From Candidatus Thorarchaeota archaeon (GTDB taxonomy: Archaea > Asgardarchaeota > Thorarchaeia > Thorarchaeales > Thorarchaeaceae), in assembly GCA_038893995.1 (NCBI GenBank), contig JAWAQK010000030.1, positions 1 to 30,056 on the forward strand: 30,056 bases of DNA. The letters run 5' to 3'. Under the pieces are notes generated by a model, which saw only the letters and a list, made by a program, of their open reading frames with translations, was not told the origin of the DNA and ran no database searches. The position numbers and the translations under genes were made by a program. Below are positions 18,495 through 27,017 of the stretch, in pieces (the first letter of the stretch is position 1; every line of letters starts with the position of its first letter).

Positions 18495-18782
18495 CTAGGC
18501 CGGTGGGTTCTTGAGGTAGTACAGCGACTGTCCAGGGACTACGGAGATTGCCCCTTCAGGGCAGACCTTCGCGCATCTCATACAGCCTGTGCATATCGAT
18601 GGCCAGACTGGCGTTATCATCCACCTCTCGGGATTGTACGGGTCAGGATGATTCTCGAGTGTGGGATGCATCAGGAACACGGCAGTGTCACATACATTCA
18701 GACACTTCCTGCAGGTCCTAGGGTCCACTCGTCCATCGGCACCACACTTTGCATAGTCGATCTTGATCTTCGTCCGCTTCAT
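18495..18782 (-). CDS. 4Fe-4S ferredoxin
   Basis: C..CRKCLNVC and CTGCMRCAKVCPEGAI. SD GGAGAGG, 13 nt downstream of the upstream gene. Confidence 0.88.
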   Translation of the reverse strand: MKRTKIKIDYAKCGADGRVDPRTCRKCLNVCDTAVFLMHPTLENHPDPYNPERWMITPVWPSICTGCMRCAKVCPEGAISVVPGQSLYYLKNPPA

Positions 18783-18795
18783 GCGATCCTCTCCC

Positions 18796-19665
18796 TCAGT
18801 ACCTGCCAGCTTGACCTGGAACAGTGTCTCTCGGTACCAGAGTCAATGCATCGTGATTACATGCATGTCTACATACTCCACATCCGAAACACTTGTCAAG
18901 ATCGACTATGACACGCTTGACAGATGGTAAGAACCTCAATGCATTGAACTGACACATTCTCACACAGGACTTACAACCCTGACACTTGTCAGGGTCTACA
19001 TTGATCACATACTCAGCCTTGTAGACAGTGTGAAGACCGAAATCATTTCGAAGACGAAGACCACCGCACTCCGGACTCTCACACGAACACACCGCATTGA
19101 TGTAGGGCACAGGTTGGAACCAGACAGTGGCAACGTAACCCTTCTTGTTCTGCTCCTCGAGTGCAGCCATCGCCTCCTCTCTATCTAGACGATACTTCAC
19201 GTTCTCTGGGATATACCTGTGCAGCTTTTCGATGATCCCAGAGAGCTGACCGAAATTGATGCACACGGGATCCTTGACACCACGTTGCATCCATCTGCAG
19301 ACGCAGTAGTTCTTGATGATAGGTTCGGCAGCGAGATTCCCTAGAATGTGCATGGCATCTTCCATTGGCACTACCTGCCCGAAGTGACCATCAGCCCTGG
19401 CAGGTACTCGATTCTTGCTCTCGCTGTGTATCTGTCGCTCTGCCGCAGCCCGCAGTATCCTGCCGATTATTGGCATCCGCATCTTGTAACCGAGGCCAAT
19501 CGAACTTATCCCCATGATCTTTCGGATGAACAGGGTCTCCATGTTTTTCCACTGTTCCTCGAGATATTCGCGCATGTTATACTCATCCGCAAGTTCGTCC
19601 GAGTAGAGGCGGGCATTCATGTACCACTTGCCGCCATTACCGTGTTTCATGCACCACTTACACAA
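18796..19665 (-). CDS. 4Fe-4S dicluster domain-containing Fe-S protein
   Basis: N-terminal CKWCMKHG..GKWY, HFGQVVP, CVCR and VCSC...C. C-terminal CQGCKSCVRMCQF and CFGCGVCRHAC. TTG start. Confidence 0.85.
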   Translation of the reverse strand: MCKWCMKHGNGGKWYMNARLYSDELADEYNMREYLEEQWKNMETLFIRKIMGISSIGLGYKMRMPIIGRILRAAAERQIHSESKNRVPARADGHFGQVVPMEDAMHILGNLAAEPIIKNYCVCRWMQRGVKDPVCINFGQLSGIIEKLHRYIPENVKYRLDREEAMAALEEQNKKGYVATVWFQPVPYINAVCSCESPECGGLRLRNDFGLHTVYKAEYVINVDPDKCQGCKSCVRMCQFNALRFLPSVKRVIVDLDKCFGCGVCRHACNHDALTLVPRDTVPGQAGRY

Positions 19666-19884
19666 GGGGGGTTCACCGTCCGTAGTCGAACTATGTTTGT
19701 GACAAGGTCCGACCTATAAGGATACTCACCACATGGTCCTACGAGATAAGACTCTGGTCGGGACAAATGAACGCTGTACGAGAGATCGGACCATTGACAC
19801 CGGTGACCAGCGATTCTCATGAGGCAGACGGCCGGCAATGTGCAGAACCAAAAGCATTTTAACTATAGTGAATAGATATGGCGT

Positions 19885-20691
19885 ATGTCTGTTGCTATTG
19901 GTTCGAAGGGGTTGCAAGCACTCAACGTGATTGCAGTCGTTGCAACTATTGTCGTCAATGCTCTTGCAAACATAGTGCCCTTCAATGGACGGTACACTGG
20001 AGAGATCGCGGACTACTTCTTCAACTACTTCACTCCGGCGGGCTATGTCTTCTCCATCTGGGGAGTAATCTACGTACTGTTGATTGCCTTCATGCTGTTC
20101 CAGGTTCGAGCAAGCCAACGTGAGGCAAACTACCTCCGTCAGATAGGCCCCCTTTACCTCATTGCAGCTGTGGCCAACATTGTCTGGTTGGTGATGTTCC
20201 ACTATTCTTACGGCAACGATCTACTGTTCGTCTTCACCATCATACCAATAGTGGGATTACTGCTCACACTGATAGTCATCTACAACCGGCTAGGAGTTGG
20301 CAGGATACTGGTGTCAAGGAACGAGCGGCTCGCAGTTCAGCTGCCCGTCAGCGTCTATCTCGGTTGGATCTCGGTAGCAACGATCGCCAACACTGCATCA
20401 GTACTCAACGTACTAGTACCCGGCATAACTCTGAGCGCACAGCACGTAACGACTGGAGTGATGGTCCTGGTCGCACTTGTTCTGACATTCCTGATGCTAT
20501 ACCAGAGACATGACTATGCATTTGGTCTCGTCTTCGCATGGGCCTCTGTGGGTATAGGAATCAAGCATTCTTCGATATTGGTCATCAGCTACACTGCAAT
20601 AGGAGCTGCCGTTGTTGCAGTGCTGCTGATAGTCCTGCTTCCGGTCGTCATGAGAAAGAACATCCTCGACTTCTACATGCTGCGGAGTTAG
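19885..20691 (+). CDS. TspO/MBR-like tryptophan-rich membrane protein
   Basis: VNALAN, FTPAGYVFSIWGVIY and SVYLGWISVATIAN. TTTTAA box about 23-28 nt upstream. Confidence 0.82.
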   Translation: MSVAIGSKGLQALNVIAVVATIVVNALANIVPFNGRYTGEIADYFFNYFTPAGYVFSIWGVIYVLLIAFMLFQVRASQREANYLRQIGPLYLIAAVANIVWLVMFHYSYGNDLLFVFTIIPIVGLLLTLIVIYNRLGVGRILVSRNERLAVQLPVSVYLGWISVATIANTASVLNVLVPGITLSAQHVTTGVMVLVALVLTFLMLYQRHDYAFGLVFAWASVGIGIKHSSILVISYTAIGAAVVAVLLIVLLPVVMRKNILDFYMLRS

Positions 20692-20699
20692 TACACGAT

Positions 20700-20730
20700 T
20701 GGAGGAGATGAGCATGCAGCTCCTCCTCCA
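20700..20730 (+). terminator. Hairpin immediately after the TspO-like gene
   Basis: TGGAGGAG-AT-GAGC / loop ATGCA / GCTC-CTCCTCCA. Confidence 0.45.
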
Positions 20731-20861
20731 CTTCTGACTACCTTGTAAACAGTTCATGCATTGAGGATATGCACAGTAACATACTGTGACCCTCGGGAGT
20801 GACCCCGCATTGTGGCTCCGGATTATATACTCTGGTCGAGCAGTATTCCTTGTGAAATAAC

Positions 20862-20966
20862 ATGACAACAAGTTACCCAAGTTGGAACAGACGGATGAAG
20901 AGGACCAATATGAGGGCCCAGTCAACCGAGGCGCTTGGATACGCCTACATGACAATCATGAGGTGA
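20862..20966 (+). CDS. Putative 34-aa small peptide A (MTTSYPSWNRRMKRTNMRAQSTEALGYAYMTIMR)
   Basis: ATG 32 nt downstream of TTATATA (20823-20829). Shares a motif with the adjacent peptide B. Confidence 0.45.
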   Translation: MTTSYPSWNRRMKRTNMRAQSTEALGYAYMTIMR

Positions 20967-20973
20967 TCAAGGG

Positions 20974-21066
20974 ATGGCATCTAGGAGTAGACGCTCTGAC
21001 AATGATACACCATGTTGCAGGTACATATCAACTAGAGCAATCGCCCAGGCATACTTCAGGAAGTAG
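20974..21066 (+). CDS. Putative 30-aa small peptide B (MASRSRRSDNDTPCCRYISTRAIAQAYFRK)
   Basis: Archaeal SD GAGGTGA (20960-20966) 7 nt before ATG. Motif shared with peptide A. Followed by a hairpin and pyrimidine tract. Confidence 0.5.
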   Translation: MASRSRRSDNDTPCCRYISTRAIAQAYFRK

Positions 21067-21105
21067 GACCAAAGAGGGACCTACTTCCCATCTTTCTCTT
21101 TCTCT
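21059..21105 (+). terminator. Hairpin plus pyrimidine tract ending the small-peptide unit
   Basis: Perfect 9-bp stem GGAAGTAGG (21059-21067) / CCTACTTCC (21080-21088), then TCTTTCTCTTTCTCT. Confidence 0.5.
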
Positions 21106-21199
21106 GTGCCTCCATTCTGAAGACAAACATGGTTGTCCACGGCACCGTCCATTCAAGCTGATGTCCCATCGGCATGGTTCAACCCCAATGGGGGTTACA

Positions 21200-21982
21200 T
21201 CAGTTGTCCAGCGCAACCCTTCTTGTAGTGACACATACGATACCTCCGAGCTGCGAGATTCGAACTCCGGCGTCGGTGTCTTCCTCCACCACTCGAGTCT
21301 TCACAGAATGACTGTTGGCAAGATCAATTATGCGTCGAAACCTACTGGATGTCCGATGAGAAGTCCAGAAGGTGCTAGTGACAAAGATGTGTTCTGGTAT
21401 CTCAGTGAAGTTCCTGCCAGCCCGGAAGTGCTTCGTCAGGCACTCTTCAATCTCATCAAGGGTGTACAGGACACCAAATCGTCCTGTCTCGTCATATAGC
21501 CTAGCACCGAGCAGTGCGTTGATCATCCCCGACTCTGTGTCAACTGCCCCCTTCACAGCTGACTCAAAGTCTCTCGAGTCAACCAGTGCTCTTGCTGCCC
21601 TAGAATCTCCTGCACCACCCCTTACGACTGAGATCTGAACACTCTTCAGAAGGTACTTGTGATGTCCTCGAACATGGCCGACGAATGCCTCCGCGTAGCC
21701 AAGGCCATCAGTGGGTCCCGTCACAATTGTAGTGGAAACACCCGATGCGAACACGGGTTTGAGCGCGGATACGATCGATCCGTAGAAGTTGTAGTAGGAT
21801 CCTCTAGTGTCACTGTCCGGATCGACATCGCGATGGACCGCCCTATACATCTTCAGAGACTCACTGTAGACAATCCAGATGACTGCCATTTGGTCGCCAA
21901 CGTCCACTAGGACTGCGACAGGGTATCCACGACGACTATGACGGGAAACTCTTCTTGAACCCACTGTGGCGCGCCTTCCCAC
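21200..21982 (-). CDS. Pelota/eRF1-like protein comprising only the middle and C-terminal domains
   Basis: YNFYGSIVSAL...TIVTGP...AEAFVGHV resembles pelota domain 2. VLYTLDEI...HIFVT...IIDLANSHSVKTRVVEEDTDAGVRISQLGGIVCV resembles the pelota/eRF1 domain 3 end (G.QL..LGGIAALLR). Confidence 0.65.
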   Translation of the reverse strand: MGRRATVGSRRVSRHSRRGYPVAVLVDVGDQMAVIWIVYSESLKMYRAVHRDVDPDSDTRGSYYNFYGSIVSALKPVFASGVSTTIVTGPTDGLGYAEAFVGHVRGHHKYLLKSVQISVVRGGAGDSRAARALVDSRDFESAVKGAVDTESGMINALLGARLYDETGRFGVLYTLDEIEECLTKHFRAGRNFTEIPEHIFVTSTFWTSHRTSSRFRRIIDLANSHSVKTRVVEEDTDAGVRISQLGGIVCVTTRRVALDN

Positions 21983-22105
21983 AATCCGTTGACTCTATCG
22001 ATATGTCTGAATGGCTTTGTCCCGCAACTACCTCTTCAAACATAAGTCCATTGATACTTACACCATTTCCAACTCCGAGGACAGTCAGATGGCAGGGAGC
22101 CTATC

Positions 22106-23197
22106 ATGAGTCGGGCGAGAATCTACTGGATAGAGCTGGCGAAGGGTACTGGGGTGGTATCGGTAGTTACAGTACACTCGATGATCCCTGACATCAATCT
22201 CTGTACGCAGCATCTGAGTAGCTTCACAATACCCCTATTCTTCGTTCTGGCAGGACTCACCTATAACAACGAGCGACACCGCTCGGACTTGGCCAGTTTC
22301 GTCCGTGCTCGAGCACAGCAGTACCTGATACCCTACTTCGTCTTGTATATCGCCATGATCAGTCTCCGTCACTTGCTGGGTCCGTACGCAGGCACAAACA
22401 TTACGACGGACCAGCTTGTCTTTGCCTTGGTCTACGGAAGTGGGCCTCCAGACTCAGCCACACACCTCTGGTTCCTACCGGTGCTATTCTTCGGTCTGCT
22501 CCTGTTTGCGGTCACTGACCGTGTGATGGCGAGCCTCTCACAATCTTCCAGGTTGCCGTTGCTGGTGTTATTTCCTCTGTTGGCGGACTCGGTAAAGTCC
22601 CTATTTGGAGGTGCGCTGGTACCATGGCACATCAACGCCATACTGATCTCGACCACATTCATGATGATTGGTAACGGACTGAGGATGTTGGGAGGACTGC
22701 GAACCTGGAAGGTCGGAGGCAATGCGGAGGGGATTCTGATAGCACTCATCTTGGCATCAACTACGCTTATCCTGTCCACTATGAACGGATTCACCGACAT
22801 TGCTGTAGACAATACGGGTCGGTCAGTATGGATCTACATCGCCACAGGGGCACTCGGTTCAATGTTAGTCTTTGTTGTGACCGGCTATGCTTCTAACAAG
22901 GACTCAGCGCTCACCAGAATGTTGACCCGTCTGGGGGGCTATTCTCAGGAGGTGTACGAGGTCCATCCACTCATGTTCTATGCAGTTCCGGCAATCATTG
23001 TGGTACTTGGGGGAACTACATCCATGTATGAGGACATGTTTTTCCTGTTCTGGCCAGCTCGACTCATCATAGCTCTGACCATATCGATGGTCCTGGCAGA
23101 ACGAGTGATATCGCGGCATTGGCTCACCAGACTTGTGTTCCGGGGTAGTGCCACCCCAAGCACCAGAGCTGTCACAACAGAACCTAAGACAGTGTAG
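22106..23197 (+). CDS. Acyltransferase family 3 (membrane O-acyltransferase)
   Basis: RIYWIELAKG...VVTVH, FTIPLFFVLAG, YLIPY, HLWFLPVLF and LGGYSQEVYEVH; about 10 TMs. Confidence 0.88.
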   Translation: MSRARIYWIELAKGTGVVSVVTVHSMIPDINLCTQHLSSFTIPLFFVLAGLTYNNERHRSDLASFVRARAQQYLIPYFVLYIAMISLRHLLGPYAGTNITTDQLVFALVYGSGPPDSATHLWFLPVLFFGLLLFAVTDRVMASLSQSSRLPLLVLFPLLADSVKSLFGGALVPWHINAILISTTFMMIGNGLRMLGGLRTWKVGGNAEGILIALILASTTLILSTMNGFTDIAVDNTGRSVWIYIATGALGSMLVFVVTGYASNKDSALTRMLTRLGGYSQEVYEVHPLMFYAVPAIIVVLGGTTSMYEDMFFLFWPARLIIALTISMVLAERVISRHWLTRLVFRGSATPSTRAVTTEPKTV

Positions 23198-23332
23198 GTG
23201 CGCCGCGACCGGATTCACCCCATGGACTCTCGCTGAACATCATGCCACTCACCCTGTGAGCCCTGTTAACTTTGATGAAGCATTCGAGGTTGAGAAGAGA
23301 CAGGGCTGTATGGAGGAGGGGGCGAACTCCCA

Positions 23333-24118
23333 TCACTTGATTGATAGTCTTGCAACATCTGGAGGATCGAGTAGATCCAATGTGCACTCTACGCCAGCGC
23401 TCAACGCACCCAGATGTAGATGGAGTGCAGCAATGCCACAGTCTAGTCTCGGTGATACTCCAAAGTCGTATCTTGTTGGAGCTGCAGAGATGGTTATTGA
23501 ATTCGTTCCGATGGAGAATCTCCAAGGCTGTCGATTGACTGCAGATGGGGCCAGCCGGGCCGCTTCAATTGCTCTATGCACCCACTCAGCGCCCGTTTTT
23601 TCTCCGGAGTATATCAGCTCGGCAACATCCTTCCTACGGTGAGGTCGTACAGTCTTGATTCCATGGTCGTCCAAGCGTTCGGCAATATTCTCTGCGTACC
23701 CGATCGGAGTGATTGCAAGTACTTCTTCGTCAGGAGTAGCACCGACCTCCCGCGCAATGTTCTCCTTTCTGAGTAAGGCAGCAACCCAACAGGTGTTGAG
23801 CCCCAGGGCGGTGGCCTCGAGCACTACACCCTCCCCAATGTAGCCGGCCACTTCCTGTGCATGATCATCTGTTGTGTCGCCGAGGAACGCCACGTAGTGG
23901 ACTACACCTGACTTGTCCAATACACCCACAAATCGCCTCACGAACTTCATGGTCGGTCTACGGACAAGTATGGCTCTTGCTCCCCTGAATGGCCTGAATC
24001 CCGTGACGACCCTATCAAGCTCATCGAGGATCTCTTCCGGAACCTGCTCTCCAGAGTATCTTCTCACAGAGTGCCTACTCGGTATGGCGGAGTACCATCG
24101 CTGGACTGGTAGTGACAT
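23333..24118 (-). CDS. Nitroreductase family protein (two-domain type)
   Basis: AIPSRHSVRRY, GEGVVLEATALGLNTCWV, AARLAPSAVNRQPWRF and LDCGIAALH. ORF open to 24178. Confidence 0.88.
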   Translation of the reverse strand: MSLPVQRWYSAIPSRHSVRRYSGEQVPEEILDELDRVVTGFRPFRGARAILVRRPTMKFVRRFVGVLDKSGVVHYVAFLGDTTDDHAQEVAGYIGEGVVLEATALGLNTCWVAALLRKENIAREVGATPDEEVLAITPIGYAENIAERLDDHGIKTVRPHRRKDVAELIYSGEKTGAEWVHRAIEAARLAPSAVNRQPWRFSIGTNSITISAAPTRYDFGVSPRLDCGIAALHLHLGALSAGVECTLDLLDPPDVARLSIK

Positions 24119-24232
24119 GCATTGTCCCCCGTTGCGGACACCTCTCGGTGCTAAAACAGTTTCGAGCAGTCGCACCAACGTTATTAGGGAGGACCCAACA
24201 GTATTGCGTGACCCCGTGGAGGCCTGGTTGGA

Positions 24233-24409
24233 CTGAGAGTAGGACCCAGACGACGAGTCGTGATTGCCCCAAGGCGCGGTGTTGTCAGAAGAGGTGGACG
24301 ACGCACATCATGCTGTTGTACAGGTTGTTGCTTCTGCGTGATTGCGGTGGTATTGATCCTGTTCATACTCGGTATCAGCATAGTCTCACTGTTGTTCCCG
24401 TGGCTATAG
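24233..24409 (+). CDS. Putative small Arg-rich, Cys-rich tail-anchored membrane protein (49-58 aa)
   Basis: (M)RVGPRRRVVIAPRRGVVRRGGRRTSCCCTGCCFCVIAVVLILFILGISIVSLLFPWL*. It fills an otherwise empty gap. GGAGG at 24218-24222; start is CTG 24233 or GTG 24260. Confidence 0.65.
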   Translation: MRVGPRRRVVIAPRRGVVRRGGRRTSCCCTGCCFCVIAVVLILFILGISIVSLLFPWL

Positions 24410-24446
24410 CCACACGTCAGGACCTAGCGATTGATGGTTGTAGGAG

Positions 24447-25112
24447 CTACGGAGCAAAAGGTCTAGCATCCAGCTTCTTATCAACCCCATGATGTCTTGC
24501 AGCTTTGAGCCATCTTCTCCTTACAATGAAAGAGTAAAGTCTTGAGGGAAGTATCGGTTTCGCTGCGAGAGTTATCGCATCATCTGGAATTGGCACCCCA
24601 CTGGCGAGTGCTTCAGCTGCCCGTTCAAGAGCAGGTCTCAGAAAGCGGGTGGCACCACCAGTCTGCTCCAGCGGTCGTCCTCCAATCGAGGGCCCAGCAC
24701 CAAAGGCAATACCACCAGCCCATCGGAGATGTGCCCTAGACGCAAAGAGCCTGCATATCTCGATGGCACAAGTGCACTGCGATGCCTCAGGGTAACCACA
24801 GTTTATGACAACACCAAACAGCGGCGAATTGGGCGGGTCTCGAGTCCGGTCAGCTGCTATCCTCTGAAGTATCCTGAGTACTGGGGCCGGCAGGCTGTCA
24901 ACGTAGAGCGGCGCGCAGAGGACCACAATGTCAGAAGAGGCGATCGAGGTTGAGAGGTTCAGGAGGTCCGAATCATTGTTGATCCGGTGAATGAACAACT
25001 TCTCTATGGTCACTCCGTGTTCTCTCAGATGCGTCCCGAGATAGTCAGCAATTGCATTTGAGGAACTCCTCTCTGTCCGTGGGCTCCCAACCATCAGTAT
25101 CGCATGAGTCAT
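24447..25112 (-). CDS. NAD(P)H-dependent FMN reductase / flavodoxin-fold protein
   Basis: MVGSPRTERSSS, APLYVDSLP and NCGYPE. ATGA overlap with the upstream gene. Confidence 0.85.
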   Translation of the reverse strand: MTHAILMVGSPRTERSSSNAIADYLGTHLREHGVTIEKLFIHRINNDSDLLNLSTSIASSDIVVLCAPLYVDSLPAPVLRILQRIAADRTRDPPNSPLFGVVINCGYPEASQCTCAIEICRLFASRAHLRWAGGIAFGAGPSIGGRPLEQTGGATRFLRPALERAAEALASGVPIPDDAITLAAKPILPSRLYSFIVRRRWLKAARHHGVDKKLDARPFAP

Positions 25113-25750
25113 TCACCCTTCACCTCCACAGTGTCTATGAGCGAACCTAACATGCTACTGAGCGTGTGGGAGGCCTCAGTCGTTGTTTCGGAGAGCAAAG
25201 ACTCTGACAAGACCACTGATGAGTGCGCTGGGCTGAGGTGGTTGATGCTAATCCTATGCATCAACTGTTCAAACAACCGGCCCTCCTCGGGGTCACTGGT
25301 ACACATTATGCCGATCGCAATCATTGGGGCATATCTCTCATACCTCTTCCTGTGGTGGGTCTCTCCTCTGATCCTCTGAAAGAATGGATGGACCATACAT
25401 ATACTGCGGTCAAGAATGGATTTTAACACGGGTGAAACCCCGCCAAACACGATTGGCGTCAGATATACGAGCAGGTCGCACTGTGCCATCAGTCTTGTGA
25501 CACTGACTGCATCATCATCTATGACGCAGATGCCAGGGGTCTTGATCCAACATCCAAAGCAGCCCCTGCACGGTGAAATCCGAAGACGGTCGAGATCAAC
25601 CCACTTGACTTCTAGACCTCTTAAGTTGAGTTCTGACATCAGGGTGTTGTGAATGCACATTCTAGTAGAGCATTCGTCCTCAAACCCATCGAGCACCAGC
25701 GCCTTCCTATGAGTCAATAAGAGGTCCTCGTTCATGCAGACCGACGGCAA
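25109..25750 (-). CDS. Flavodoxin family / iron-sulfur flavoprotein-like protein
   Basis: ISPCRGCFGCWIKTPGICVIDDD and TPIVFGG.S..LK..LDR. Start may be 25735. Confidence 0.85.
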   Translation of the reverse strand: MPSVCMNEDLLLTHRKALVLDGFEDECSTRMCIHNTLMSELNLRGLEVKWVDLDRLRISPCRGCFGCWIKTPGICVIDDDAVSVTRLMAQCDLLVYLTPIVFGGVSPVLKSILDRSICMVHPFFQRIRGETHHRKRYERYAPMIAIGIMCTSDPEEGRLFEQLMHRISINHLSPAHSSVVLSESLLSETTTEASHTLSSMLGSLIDTVEVKGE

Positions 25751-25872
25751 CTTATGAACTCTGCCTCAACATACCACTAGGTCAAATCGATACAGCTGAT
25801 TCAGAGAGTGAACTCAGGTGTTGTGGTAGACATGAGTAGCCATCGAGTGACTCAGTGGGACAGCAGACAATC

Positions 25873-26694
25873 TCACTGCACTGTCTTCATCGTGGGAAGG
25901 AGATGGAATTTTCCAGTCCTTTGCTGCCTGACAACCCTAAATATGACGGCCCCGATGACCACTACAAGGCCTGCAGCAGCAACAAGGACCACCAGTGGTT
26001 GAGTAGGATTGACAGGATTGAGTCTCTCAATGAGGATGCCAAGGACCGCCCAGGCTCCTACCCCCGTGAAGACGTAGTCATTTCTCGTATAGAGGACTGT
26101 CAGGTAGATTCCAAGGACGATCACCAAGAAGATCGCAGCCCATCCGGCTTCGCCGAGTGGACCAGGCTCAAACCCGCTCAGAGCGAGACCCGTCGTTGTG
26201 TTGACTATTGTAGCGACAGTGACCCATCCTGTGAGCATACTCCACCCCACTGTCACAAAGATGTGATCTCTGATCGGACGGCCTCGTAGGTTTATTCCCA
26301 GCCCTAGATAGGCCCCCAGTGTTGTCAGCAGGTATGCGTACATTGCGGCAATAGCAGGCCATACCATCCCTGAGGCCCAGAGTATGTACCACAGTGAGGA
26401 CGACAACCACGATAGCATGAAGAAGGGGCCAACCTCGAGGACGTACGGCATATCGAGCTTCTCCTCCGCCGGTCGAAGGATGTCTCGGGCCTGGTAGAAG
26501 TAGAAGGCCGCCTGAAAGAGGAAAATGGGGCCCCAGATAGCGAATGTGAGTTCATTTGGGCTCAGTAGATGACGATACGAACTACCAAAGACTGAGCCTG
26601 AGAACCCGACATTGCTGAGCAGAAGGATCAGCGCACAGAGCGGAGGGGTAGCTAGATTCATGACCTGATACATTACCTTGCGATCCGACTTCAT
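25873..26694 (-). CDS. Second TspO/MBR-like membrane protein
   Basis: LLSPNELTFAIWGPIF, SMLTGWVTVATIVN and DYVFTGVGAWA; paralogous to 19885..20691. ORF open to 26865. Confidence 0.8.
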   Translation of the reverse strand: MKSDRKVMYQVMNLATPPLCALILLLSNVGFSGSVFGSSYRHLLSPNELTFAIWGPIFLFQAAFYFYQARDILRPAEEKLDMPYVLEVGPFFMLSWLSSSLWYILWASGMVWPAIAAMYAYLLTTLGAYLGLGINLRGRPIRDHIFVTVGWSMLTGWVTVATIVNTTTGLALSGFEPGPLGEAGWAAIFLVIVLGIYLTVLYTRNDYVFTGVGAWAVLGILIERLNPVNPTQPLVVLVAAAGLVVVIGAVIFRVVRQQRTGKFHLLPTMKTVQ

Positions 26695-27017
26695 CGGCTT
26701 GACTCCAATGCCGGAGAACACTCCTTCGATATTAGCATTCGTATTGGAACGAACCTTCGAAGCTCCGGTGTGCGCTACGGTCCGGTAGCACGATCGGACG
26801 GTACCAGTCCTCGAGAGACCATACGAAATGGCCTGGACTTTCAGGGACAGGGATATATACCACAAATGAAATCATCATGAGTGCTCCTCATATGGAGCAG
26901 CCACGTGTCGGGAGCAGGGAGTGTGAGCCAGGTGCGATCTAGAGGGTTTGACCATACATCTCGGACCCGGTGCCCCACCACAGAGCAATGCGACACAATC
27001 CCAAGAGGGACAATGCA

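Noticed and set aside
19645-19665. CKWCMKH as a c-type heme motif
   Set aside because: The spacing is CxxCxxH rather than CxxCH, and there is no export signal.
20882-21499. 205-aa plus-strand ORF from the track
   Set aside because: It overlaps the pelota-like gene antisense, has no recognisable motifs, and runs through a terminator-like element. The two short ORFs explain the local signals better.
24112-24492. 126-aa plus-strand ORF from the track
   Set aside because: It overlaps both flanking genes and has a featureless composition. The alternative frame 24233-24409 is much more protein-like.
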